From Candidatus Woesearchaeota archaeon (GTDB lineage Archaea; Nanobdellota; Nanobdellia; Woesearchaeales; GW2011-AR4): a stretch of 64,000 nt of DNA. Position numbers and translations under genes: made by a program. The notes beneath the pieces were generated by a model. That model worked only from the letters and a program-made list of their open reading frames with translations, ran no database searches and was not told the origin of the DNA. Positions 38,362 through 47,916 of the stretch are shown here, one piece after another. The stretch is taken from NCBI GenBank assembly GCA_016188245.1, contig JACPIE010000038.1, forward strand, positions 30,939-94,938, in the 5' to 3' direction. Position 1 is the stretch's first letter. Each line of letters opens with the position of its first letter.

Positions 38362-38778
38362 ATGAATAAAAATCGTGAAGAATGCTATGTTTTAACTGAG
38401 AAACTTGAAGAGATTACATGGGCATTGGATGGGAGCTGCAATGACATAGACTGTGACAAGTACATGTATAAACGGCTTCTTAAAAAGAAATACAAGCCGG
38501 TCCTAAAGCATAGCTACTCATGCATTCCTAAATTAAAAATGGAAAAAGAAGCAGTTATGCGCTTGTTATCTTTAAAAAAATTCCGACAGTTTCGATACAA
38601 AAAATGCGAAGTATGCGGCAGGAAAATAGATTCGTTAGGAAAACATTATGCGATTGTAAGTTTTACAAAGCCTGCTGAATATAATGGCAAGAGAGTATAC
38701 GAATGTAAATTGATTCGAACACACAAAAAATGCAAGCATAAAGTTAGCATACCGATGGGCTGGCAAAAAATGGGATAA
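38362..38778 (+). CDS. Cys-rich hypothetical protein (Zn-ribbon-like)
   Basis: 'CEVCGRK...YECKLIRTHKKCKH' CxxC pairs. Lysine-rich. Confidence 0.35.
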   Translation: MNKNREECYVLTEKLEEITWALDGSCNDIDCDKYMYKRLLKKKYKPVLKHSYSCIPKLKMEKEAVMRLLSLKKFRQFRYKKCEVCGRKIDSLGKHYAIVSFTKPAEYNGKRVYECKLIRTHKKCKHKVSIPMGWQKMG

Positions 38779-39187
38779 TTCTTTTGTCAGAAAAATAAGA
38801 GAAAAGTTCACATAACGTACAATATTTCACGAGGTTTTTTTCCTCACAAAATTTTCCCTCGTGAGCAAATTTCGGCAACCCATGAAATTTGCGAACAGAG
38901 TTGGAAAATTTTGAGAGCTGGAAAAAACTTAGGACAAATCGAAAAATGCTTGGCATTTTAGCTTAAGCGTTCGATTTTTCCGTGAAATATGTGTTATATT
39001 CTTTTCCCATGCGTAGTGTGGGAAAACTGCGTCCGCAGACTTTTTTAGACATCGTAAATCTGAGAGGCACTGTAGTTTTTACAGTAGATTTCTGCCTAAG
39101 GCAGACTAGATGTCCGAAGGACTAGAGAAGGGGCTTTTAAATTACATTAATATTTATATATGTTAATTATTTCTAGTTAAGTCAAAA

Positions 39188-40327
39188 ATGGATAAGAAAC
39201 TTCCAGATATCAGTGAATTGCCTGAAAGTCAAAGGATTCTTCTTAGGAGAGGGGGCAAAATAAAAGTTCCAAGTGAAAAAACGATTGGGTTTTTAAAATT
39301 ATACAATAAAAATATAAGAGGCACGATTGCTGGCAATGCTGTATATGCTATCCTTAACCCAGAAAAAATTGATGAAAAATTCAGAAAAGAGAATCAAGAA
39401 AAAATTGAGGAAACTCTGAACAATTACCTAAAAATAGCTTTAAAAGATATGAACAAGCAAATTGATTTGCATAAGGTCAATGAAAATATCTGCCTTTTTG
39501 ATGAGGGAATTGGTTTAGGAATATATGTGCCAAAGCTTATTCAGCAATACTTTCGCAAAGAATCTACTTATTTCAGTGATCTACTTTATGGAGCAAAATA
39601 TAATAGAAATCTTCTTAATCTTTCTGTTTTTAGCAAAATACTTTCAAAGAACATAAGGAATTTTACAGATCATGTGAATATTGATTACTTAATTTTCATG
39701 CCTTACTCACATAAAGGTTCAAAATCATTTTTTCCTTTGGAAATAATTGAGAAGGAGATACAAAAACAAGTGAACATTCCAATTTTTAGAATAATCAATA
39801 CGTCACAGCAAGAAAATCTCAAATATTCTACTTGGGCGCATAAAATACAGAGCATACTTCCAAATTTAAGAATAGACAATCCTGAAAAATTAAAATTTAA
39901 GAATATCATTCTAATTGATGATATCTATAATACTGGTGCACATCTTGCAGTTGCTTGCATAAAATTAAGACAAGCTAGTGTAAACAATATTTTTGTTTTA
40001 ACGTTGGGAGTATCCGATAATGTTAAGAATGATTTAAGCAATGAATTTGATTGGGAATGGCTGGATTTTTATAATGAAAGAAAAGAAACAAATATGATAA
40101 CTACTTCCCTCAGTCTAATAACTTTAAATTATCCATTAGACACGATAAACAAGAAGACTTCCCATTACAACTTAAAAGACTATGGAATCAAAGAATTATT
40201 GTTGACTAATACGTACCTCAAGAAAATGTTCAGAATCCATGTGAGATATTCTTCTAACAGAAGGAGTTATGTTCTTTTCATTGAGCCAGAATTAAAAGAA
40301 AAATTGAAAAGCTTTATAGGGAAATAA
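39188..40327 (+). CDS. phosphoribosyltransferase (PRTase)-domain protein, ShosT-like
   Basis: Type I PRTase PRPP-binding motif 'IILIDDIYNTGAHLAVACIKL'. Strongly AT-rich gene. Confidence 0.5.
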   Translation: MDKKLPDISELPESQRILLRRGGKIKVPSEKTIGFLKLYNKNIRGTIAGNAVYAILNPEKIDEKFRKENQEKIEETLNNYLKIALKDMNKQIDLHKVNENICLFDEGIGLGIYVPKLIQQYFRKESTYFSDLLYGAKYNRNLLNLSVFSKILSKNIRNFTDHVNIDYLIFMPYSHKGSKSFFPLEIIEKEIQKQVNIPIFRIINTSQQENLKYSTWAHKIQSILPNLRIDNPEKLKFKNIILIDDIYNTGAHLAVACIKLRQASVNNIFVLTLGVSDNVKNDLSNEFDWEWLDFYNERKETNMITTSLSLITLNYPLDTINKKTSHYNLKDYGIKELLLTNTYLKKMFRIHVRYSSNRRSYVLFIEPELKEKLKSFIGK

Positions 40328-40925
40328 TATCAGAGAGCTTGTTAAAGCTAAAATCTGGCTTTTCTTTTATTTTGTTATTATTATGCCAAAGTACAAGCCC
40401 AGAAAGACATCCAGCGTTTTTTGCAGCCAGAATATCCACATCCTGATCGCCGATATAGATTGTATTTTCAACATCTCCTTTTAGGTAATTGATGGCAATT
40501 AGTAAGGGTTTTGGGCTAGGCTTTCTAGCTCTTGTTTCACTGGGAGTTACTATCACATCTCCATATCTCAATAGATTGAATTGATTTAGCAATTTAAACG
40601 CAAACTCCTTTTTCAAAGAAGTTACAAATCCAATCTTTTTATCATTGCTTTTAAGGACTTTCATAGTTTCTTGAGTATTTTCAAAAAATAGTCTAATTTT
40701 GTCCAAATTGCTAGCATAAAATTTCCAGTATTTATTTAAGGACATAATACGGAATTCTGACAATATAGAGGTAAAAGATGCTCCCTTTCTTAATTTTGTA
40801 AATACATCTTCTTGATTAATATTTTTTCCTCCAGAATCCAAGATTGTATTAAATATTGCTTCAGCAATGCAATTTTCTGAATGCCAAAGTGTACCATCTA
40901 AATCAAATAAAATTGTCTTAATCAT
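40314..40925 (-). CDS. HAD-superfamily phosphatase
   Basis: Motif I 'ILFDLDGTLWHSE' and C-terminal 'IYIGDQDVDILAAKNAG'. Confidence 0.75.
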   Translation of the reverse strand: MIKTILFDLDGTLWHSENCIAEAIFNTILDSGGKNINQEDVFTKLRKGASFTSILSEFRIMSLNKYWKFYASNLDKIRLFFENTQETMKVLKSNDKKIGFVTSLKKEFAFKLLNQFNLLRYGDVIVTPSETRARKPSPKPLLIAINYLKGDVENTIYIGDQDVDILAAKNAGCLSGLVLWHNNNKIKEKPDFSFNKLSDIISL

Positions 40926-41830
40926 TTAAAGGGAAATTTTACTTCATGACCATTAGCAAAAGCAATGATTTCGGCTTTTTGGTCATTTTTAATTTTCAAA
41001 TTACCACTATACGCTTCGGTATTGTCTTGGAATGGGATAAGAACCCCAATTGGCTTTTTTTGCTCCTTTGCTGCAATATAGGAATTCATAGTTCCTCCTT
41101 TTTCAGAAGTCTGCACAATCAAAACATAATTTGATAGCCCAACTATTATTTTATTCCTTTTTTTCAGGGCAAAATCTTGAACTTTGGTTCCTGGAGGGTA
41201 TTCACTTATAATTATCCCGTGTTTAATTATTTCATTTTTTAAAATTAAATTTTCTTTAGGATAATCAACGTCAATTCCACATCCTAATACTGCAATAGTA
41301 TCCCCACTATTATCTAATGCTGTTTTATGAGCTATTGCATCAAGTCCCATAGCTAAACCGCTAACTATACAAAAACCATCATTAACTAGTTTTTTTACAG
41401 CAATTTTGCCATTTTCTATTGCCCATTCATCAGGTTTTCTTGTACCTACAACAGCGCAAGATTTTAGTTTATTTAGAGTACTTAAATTTCCTTTAACATA
41501 TAGAATAGGCACAGAATGACTGGACTCAAAGAGGGTTTTGGGGTAATCTTGTTCAAAAAAGGTAATTATCTTTACCTGATTTAAATTTGTTTTTTCTATT
41601 ATCTTGTGTGCTTCATGTTCAAAATATTCTAATTTTGGTTTTCTTTCTAAAATTTGAGAAACTACCTCTTTTTTTAACTTAAATTCACTTTCTAATTCCT
41701 CTTTTGTCATATCAAATACTTTTTGAAATGATTTGTAAGCCTTAAAAAAAGTCTTAAATTTAACTGGGCCAAATCCTTTAACTTCTAAAAGATTTAGAAT
41801 CGCCCCTAGCTCCTTTAGATCATTCACCAT
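40922..41830 (-). CDS. dprA: DNA-processing protein DprA/Smf
   Basis: N-terminal SAM/HhH domain, then Rossmann DprA core 'IVSGLAMGLDAIAHKTAL...TIAVLGCGIDVDYPKEN...RNKIIVGLS'. Confidence 0.8.
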   Translation of the reverse strand: MVNDLKELGAILNLLEVKGFGPVKFKTFFKAYKSFQKVFDMTKEELESEFKLKKEVVSQILERKPKLEYFEHEAHKIIEKTNLNQVKIITFFEQDYPKTLFESSHSVPILYVKGNLSTLNKLKSCAVVGTRKPDEWAIENGKIAVKKLVNDGFCIVSGLAMGLDAIAHKTALDNSGDTIAVLGCGIDVDYPKENLILKNEIIKHGIIISEYPPGTKVQDFALKKRNKIIVGLSNYVLIVQTSEKGGTMNSYIAAKEQKKPIGVLIPFQDNTEAYSGNLKIKNDQKAEIIAFANGHEVKFPFK

Positions 41831-41952
41831 AATATAAAGTCTATCAATGTTAATTTAAAAAATTATCTAATTATATGGGGCAAACAAGCTAGGGAGTTGG
41901 GGCTTTAAAATACCATTTATGATTTTAGAATTTTTGATTTTTTACAAATATA

Positions 41953-44835
41953 TTACCAATTTACTTTAATCTTTAGTACTTCGTTGTGCAATTTATTAAA
42001 ATAATCTAATTTACCGTCTTTTTTTCCTTTTTCATATAGTTTTTTTATTAATCTTACATCATGCTTACAGTACTCTGTAACTTTATCTATTTTTCCCTCC
42101 TTAAACCATTTTAAAGATTGCAGTCCATCCGCTATCTTATTCTCATTAAAATTTATTTGGGCAAGGTCTCCTAATTTTAATCTAAAATTAAGCCTGTTTC
42201 TTATATGTTCTAATAAATCTAATGGTTTAATCAAATTCTGATTAAAATTTTCATACCCAGATAAAACTCTAAAATCGAAATATTTGATATTATACCCAAT
42301 AACTAAATCTGCCTTGTATAAAGATTCAATTAGTGCCTGCACTTCATTTTCTGTATAAACTTGATAGTTATCATTATTATCTAGGGTAACAGCTATAGCT
42401 ACCTTCATTTTGTCAATATTTCTCCATCCGCCTACTTCATCTGCACCTTTCTGAGTTTCTACATCAAAAAAGATTATATTTTGTTGAATTTTAGTATCTT
42501 CATCAATTAGTTTCGTAACTAATTGAGGCTCTACCTTTATATCTTCCACTTTTAGATAGCCACGCATATATTTTAATATTTCAATTGCAGTGGCTTTACT
42601 TAGTGGTTCATTATCATTACCACACTTAGGACTCATTATACATTTAGGGCAGCCATTGTCTTTATTACATTTGCATTTACTTATTAGTTCATTCGTAAAA
42701 CCTAATAGCTCGTCAAATATATTATATGCTTTTTCACAAAGTCCAATCCCTCCATCATATCCGTCGTAAATAAAGATAGATGCTCTTTTAGTTTGTGGAT
42801 GGAATAACATGGAATATCCGCCTATGTCCCATCGGTCACATAAAACTTTGATTGGAAATAAAGAAATTATGCCATGTTCAATTGCATGCAATCCACCTCC
42901 ATAAAGTGTCTCTTTATCTATGTTATTTTTTGGACAAAATGTAGAACTAACTACATCTGGTAGTTCTATCCAACAAGATTTAGTTATTAGCTTTACCATA
43001 GGGCAATCTACATCTATTAAAGAACTCATTTTTTCTCTTGTAGACTTCTTTATTTTATAGTAACCAATTACTTGTTCATTTACTTCGACTATTCCAAATT
43101 TTAGTTTGAAACTATTAAATGTTTTTTCATCTAACACCTTTATAACTCTAATGTCTTTGAGAGAATATGGCTCAGTATAATAATCAACAAAACAAGGTTT
43201 GACATAAATATCTTTTCCATAATCATCAATTTCTGTAACGATGAATTCCCTTCCCCCATGTAAGTATATAGCTCCGCTATGGCATTCATTGTAGATATTA
43301 AATATTGAAATATCCCCGATGACTTCTTTTTTGTTTTTGTTGATAATTGTATATTGTTGTCTCGAATCCCTTAAAGTAACTTTTCTGTGTAGGTCTTGGT
43401 GAGATATTAAATCGCCCCTATAATTTCTTGCTAATCTTCCCTCACTCTCTAATTCTTCCATGATTTTTTTGGCATAAACAGGAAAATATTTTTCATTATC
43501 TTTTTGTAATGGAAACTCTATCGATGCACACAATAGATGATTCATTAGGACATACCTATTATTAATATCAATTATGGCTTCCTCAAATTTATTCTCAAAA
43601 AGATAATTTGGATTATCTAAAAAATAGGAGTCCATCGGAGAACTACCATCAAATAAAATTACTACAAAAGATTCCTTATCCCTTCTTCCAACCCTGCCTG
43701 CTTGTTGCCAAGTGCTTATTAAACTCCCCGGATAACCAACCATAATGCAAAAATCTAAATTCCCGATGTCTATTCCAAGTTCAAGTGCATTTGTGCTAAT
43801 AATACCTTTTAATTTTCCTGTTCTAATTTTTTTCTCGATTTCTCGTCTTTCTTCTGGGAGCAAGCCTGCTTTGTACGGTTTAACAACTTTTTTTATGTCA
43901 TTATCACTCCACATATAAAGTAACTCAGTAATTTTTCTTGCTCTGGTAAAGGCTATCGTTTTCAAATTTGATTTAATACCTAACTTCAATAACTCAACAG
44001 CTTCTGTATTGATTGACCTTTGCTCGATATCTTGATTTTTGAGAAGCTCATTAATATCACTAATTGTAGGTGTCCAATAAATAAAATTTTTCTTGCTGGA
44101 AGGGTGATGAGATTCAGTAATTACTTTAAAATATCTGCCAGGGATTAAGTTATCTATAAATGATTCTGGATTACCAATTGTCGCCGAGGAACTGATAAAT
44201 TGAGGATTTGAATTGTATAAGTCGCATATTCTCAACAATCTCCTCATGACCATTGTAAAATGTGTCCCAAATATTCCTCTGTATATATGAGACTCATCTA
44301 CAATAACATATTTCAAATTTTTAAAAAATTTCTCCCATTTTTCCCTATATCTTAAAATTGCACAATGTAATTCATTAGGGTTAGTAATGATTATATTAGG
44401 CAGGTTGTGTCTTATGAATCTTTTCTTTGAATCATCAGTGTCTCCATCGTAAACTTCAAAGCTAAAACCTTTATTGTAAGGTAGATTTTCGTCTATTTCT
44501 CTTAATTTTTCTAATTGATCTTGTTGTAGAGCTTTCAAAGGAAAAATATAAAGTGCTCGAGTTTCTTTATTTCTTAATATACTATTTAAAACTGGAATGT
44601 TATAGACTAGTGTCTTGCCACTTGATGTTGGGGTTGTTAATAATACATTATCCTTTCTGTGTACAAGTTCGATAGCTATTGATTGATGTTTGTATAATTT
44701 TGTAATTCCTAATTTATTTATAGCATTCTTCAAATCTTGGTCTATCCAGTGGGGGAAATCAAAGTATTGTCCCTCTTTCTCATCTATAACTTTCCAAAAT
44801 TTTATTTTTTTGTTATCGAGATTTAAAAAGTTCAT
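41953..44835 (-). CDS. MrfA-like DEXH-box helicase with DUF1998 zinc domain fused to a C-terminal MrfB-like DEDD 3'-5' exonuclease
   Basis: Helicase motifs 'LLTTPTSSGKTL', 'VIVDESH', 'QQAGRVGRR'. DUF1998 Cys cluster 'CKCNKDNGCPKCIMSPKCG'. Exonuclease Exo I 'IFFDVETQ', Exo II 'YNIKYFDFRVL', Exo III 'YCKHDVRLIKKLY'. Confidence 0.75.
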   Translation of the reverse strand: MNFLNLDNKKIKFWKVIDEKEGQYFDFPHWIDQDLKNAINKLGITKLYKHQSIAIELVHRKDNVLLTTPTSSGKTLVYNIPVLNSILRNKETRALYIFPLKALQQDQLEKLREIDENLPYNKGFSFEVYDGDTDDSKKRFIRHNLPNIIITNPNELHCAILRYREKWEKFFKNLKYVIVDESHIYRGIFGTHFTMVMRRLLRICDLYNSNPQFISSSATIGNPESFIDNLIPGRYFKVITESHHPSSKKNFIYWTPTISDINELLKNQDIEQRSINTEAVELLKLGIKSNLKTIAFTRARKITELLYMWSDNDIKKVVKPYKAGLLPEERREIEKKIRTGKLKGIISTNALELGIDIGNLDFCIMVGYPGSLISTWQQAGRVGRRDKESFVVILFDGSSPMDSYFLDNPNYLFENKFEEAIIDINNRYVLMNHLLCASIEFPLQKDNEKYFPVYAKKIMEELESEGRLARNYRGDLISHQDLHRKVTLRDSRQQYTIINKNKKEVIGDISIFNIYNECHSGAIYLHGGREFIVTEIDDYGKDIYVKPCFVDYYTEPYSLKDIRVIKVLDEKTFNSFKLKFGIVEVNEQVIGYYKIKKSTREKMSSLIDVDCPMVKLITKSCWIELPDVVSSTFCPKNNIDKETLYGGGLHAIEHGIISLFPIKVLCDRWDIGGYSMLFHPQTKRASIFIYDGYDGGIGLCEKAYNIFDELLGFTNELISKCKCNKDNGCPKCIMSPKCGNDNEPLSKATAIEILKYMRGYLKVEDIKVEPQLVTKLIDEDTKIQQNIIFFDVETQKGADEVGGWRNIDKMKVAIAVTLDNNDNYQVYTENEVQALIESLYKADLVIGYNIKYFDFRVLSGYENFNQNLIKPLDLLEHIRNRLNFRLKLGDLAQINFNENKIADGLQSLKWFKEGKIDKVTEYCKHDVRLIKKLYEKGKKDGKLDYFNKLHNEVLKIKVNW

Positions 44836-45348
44836 TTTATCTTGTTATACCCTATTCTTTTGTTGGTTAAAGTAAAATATTATATAAATATTCCCTTATA
44901 AAAGCTCCTTCTCCCGTCGTTAAGTAAAAACTTAGGAGAACGAAGTGAACCGTATAATCTCTCGTTATGCGAATCTCCTTGAGTTTGCATTTCTAAGATT
45001 ATGCGAAAGTGTCTCTCAATTAAGATTTACGGCGTAAGCCTTTTCATAGGTGTCTAAAAAAGTGAATATAACGCCGTTATGGCGAACTTTTCAATCTGCA
45101 TTTTTTGTATTTTGCCCTAAAAACAGAATTCACTTACAATGCACTATTCTGTTGTTCTTGGTGTAACAAACCAGTTTATTTTTCCATATTGTAGACAACT
45201 ATTCCAAGATAGCAACAAAAATGTACATTTTGTACAAAAGTTTATATATAATCTCTACATTATACTAATTTAGCAGGTAAAACCTGTTGGTCAGTGTACT
45301 TTGAAGTGCACGCACAACAGTACCAGCAGGTGCTGCTTTTCTTTCGTT

Positions 45349-45960
45349 TTACCATAAATGGGCTACGTTAACTTTTTTCTCGATTACCCTGAAATAAATG
45401 TCATTGCCGTGTTCAAACTTATGAAAAACTGCCCATGACACAATATCTGCTATCTGCAATCCGGGCCAAGCATGTGACCAGCTGTGGTATATCTCTATCT
45501 CCCTAGCCCATCTCGCTTCTTTGAACTTCATCTCCATATACTTGTTAAAGTCTTCAATTAAAGTCTGCTTTCCTTTTGACCTGTCAATCCTCATAGTCAA
45601 TCTTCTGGAATCAACCGATATATTGGCTAAATGGCTGCACACAAAATTATACAATTTGTGCTTGTCGCTTTTGAGAAATTGGCTATACAATTTTTTCTTT
45701 TCAAGTATAATGCTTTGTGCATGGGCGGATTCAATTTCCATAAACTTTTTTAATGTATGCATAATCAATTCTGCACTTGAGTCATTCGCCTTGATTTCAG
45801 AAGCATTTTTTAGCTCTTTTTTAAATTTGTTTCTTCTCATATTTTTTATTATTCGTTCTAAGAAAGCGGGATTGTCTACCCAAATTGCAGTAATCACAAA
45901 ATATTTTGAGCCCTTTTCTCCTAAATCTCCAGTTTCATCAATGTAAACGTATCTTTCCAT
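45349..45960 (-). CDS. DUF3800-domain protein
   Basis: N-terminal 'VYIDETGDLG' is the signature start of DUF3800. Confidence 0.65.
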   Translation of the reverse strand: MERYVYIDETGDLGEKGSKYFVITAIWVDNPAFLERIIKNMRRNKFKKELKNASEIKANDSSAELIMHTLKKFMEIESAHAQSIILEKKKLYSQFLKSDKHKLYNFVCSHLANISVDSRRLTMRIDRSKGKQTLIEDFNKYMEMKFKEARWAREIEIYHSWSHAWPGLQIADIVSWAVFHKFEHGNDIYFRVIEKKVNVAHLW

Positions 45961-46000
45961 TAAGAAAATACATGTTTATTAATTTAAAAATCTTTAGAAT

Positions 46001-47554
46001 CTATTCAACACTCTTTCCTAATTTAGATAGCTTTTCCCCTTCCATAAACCTCCTTAAAACATCCTTCAAGTCTTTTATTTTGACTCTGATTTGCTCTGTC
46101 GTATCTCTCGATCTTATTGTCACAGATTCATCCTCCAGGCTTTCAAAATCAACAGTGACAGATGCGCAGATTCCTGATTCATCTGCCCTTGCATACCTTC
46201 GCCCTATCGAGCCCGAAGTGTCAAAAGTGCAGGTCCATCCTGCCTTTAGCTCATCATACACGCTCTTTGCTTTCTTGACAAGCTCTGCCTTATTGGAAAC
46301 AAGAGGAAAAATTCCTATTTTTATGGGCGCCAGCCTCGGATGCAGCTTCAGCACTACATTGTCCCTTGACTTGTCGTAATTGTAGGCATCAAACATGAAT
46401 ACAAGGAAAGCCCTTTCCACCCCTTGCGACGGCTCGCAAATGACATGAGGCAAAATTTTTTTCTTTGTCTCTTCGTCAAAAATGCTCAAGTCAGTCTTGC
46501 TGTGCTCCATGTGCTGCTTTAAGTCAAAGTCTGTCCTGTTTGAAAGCCCCTGCAGCTCCTTCCATCCGAAAGGAAACTCGTATTCCAGGTCCCATGTGTC
46601 AAGCGCATAATGCGAAAGCTCGTCTTTTACATGCTGCCGTATCCTGAAATGCCCGGAAGAAGCCCCCAAATCAACAAACCATTTGTGCATTATAGCCAGC
46701 CAGTAAGCATGCCATCTTGTCTTTATTATCTTTTTGCTGAGGCATTCTTTTATCGGCATCTTCTGCATTTTTTGGCCTTTTTTTTGCATTTCAGCTGAAA
46801 GCACATTCAGCTCATAGTCAATGACATCTTCAATGTAGGCGCATTCATCCTGCTTTTCAGGATGGACAAAATATTCAATCTCCATCTGCTCGAATTCCCT
46901 CATCCTGAACAGGAAATCCCTTGGTGAAATTTCGTTCCTGAATGATTTTCCGATTTGGGCAATCCCAAACGGAAGCTTCAGCCTTGCATTCTCCTGCACA
47001 AGCCTGAAGTTGGCAAAAATCAGCTGGGCTGTTTCCGGCCTCAAATAAGCCGCTGAGGCATCGCTCTGAATCGGCCCAATGTGGGTTGTGAACATAAGGT
47101 TGAATTTTTTGGCATCACCTAGGCTGCCGCTGCACTTTGGGCATTTGATTTTATGCTCTTTTATCTCTGCATTCAGGCCTCCAATAGTCATGCCTGCTGT
47201 GGGAATCTTCAACGTATCCTCGACCAAAGTATCTGCCCTGAACCTTGAATTGCACTTCCTGCAATCGACAAGCACGTCAGAAAAGCCGGCTGCATGCCCG
47301 CTCGCTTTCCACACAAGCGGATTTGATATGATGCTTCCGTCAATGCCGACAACATCATCCCTCTGGTGTACAAATGTTTTCCACCACTCCTTCTTTATGT
47401 TGTTCTTTAATTCAACTCCAAGATGCCCGAAATCATAAAATCCGGCAATTCCCCCATAAATCTCGGAATTAGGGTAGACAAACCCCTTTCTCTTGCAGAA
47501 AACAGCCATCTCATCGATTGTTAGTTTTTTTGCGTCTTGCTTGATTTTTTCCAT
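46001..47554 (-). CDS. glyS: glycyl-tRNA synthetase (archaeal/eukaryal type)
   Basis: Class II motifs 'GIAGFYDFGHLGVELKNNIKKEW', 'FRNEISPRDFLFRMREFEQMEIE', and the anticodon-binding C-terminus. Confidence 0.9.
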   Translation of the reverse strand: MEKIKQDAKKLTIDEMAVFCKRKGFVYPNSEIYGGIAGFYDFGHLGVELKNNIKKEWWKTFVHQRDDVVGIDGSIISNPLVWKASGHAAGFSDVLVDCRKCNSRFRADTLVEDTLKIPTAGMTIGGLNAEIKEHKIKCPKCSGSLGDAKKFNLMFTTHIGPIQSDASAAYLRPETAQLIFANFRLVQENARLKLPFGIAQIGKSFRNEISPRDFLFRMREFEQMEIEYFVHPEKQDECAYIEDVIDYELNVLSAEMQKKGQKMQKMPIKECLSKKIIKTRWHAYWLAIMHKWFVDLGASSGHFRIRQHVKDELSHYALDTWDLEYEFPFGWKELQGLSNRTDFDLKQHMEHSKTDLSIFDEETKKKILPHVICEPSQGVERAFLVFMFDAYNYDKSRDNVVLKLHPRLAPIKIGIFPLVSNKAELVKKAKSVYDELKAGWTCTFDTSGSIGRRYARADESGICASVTVDFESLEDESVTIRSRDTTEQIRVKIKDLKDVLRRFMEGEKLSKLGKSVE

Positions 47555-47604
47555 TATTAACGGATTTTACAGCTCACAATAAAAAGATTTTGGTAGAATC
47601 CTGC

Positions 47605-47874
47605 CTATTTTGATGCTTGGGCATTTTTCAAATATTTCATCGCAACCTTAACTACAATAGGCGCAAATGGATTGGGAGCTTGAACTGGCCTGCCATAATC
47701 CATCACTGTCAGTTTGCGAGTGCGGCCATCATATGCCAAATTAAAAGAGTCAGAGTCAGCTGCAGAGAATCCAAGTCCCAGAAAAGCCGCTTGGAGGTCT
47801 GCCAACATCTCAAGTGAATTTTTTTTCATATTTCTGAATTGTGCTTCGGTAACACGGGATATCTCATAAACCAT
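47605..47874 (-). CDS. hypothetical protein
   Basis: 89-aa ORF, no motif recognised. Confidence 0.3.
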   Translation of the reverse strand: MVYEISRVTEAQFRNMKKNSLEMLADLQAAFLGLGFSAADSDSFNLAYDGRTRKLTVMDYGRPVQAPNPFAPIVVKVAMKYLKNAQASK

Positions 47875-47916
47875 AATGCCATGACAAACAGGATTATTTA
47901 TAAATTTTTTCCCGTT

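Noticed and set aside
45349-45960. Treating DUF3800 alone as a defined defence system
   Set aside because: DUF3800 is only statistically associated with defence islands. It is reported as part of the island context, not as a system.
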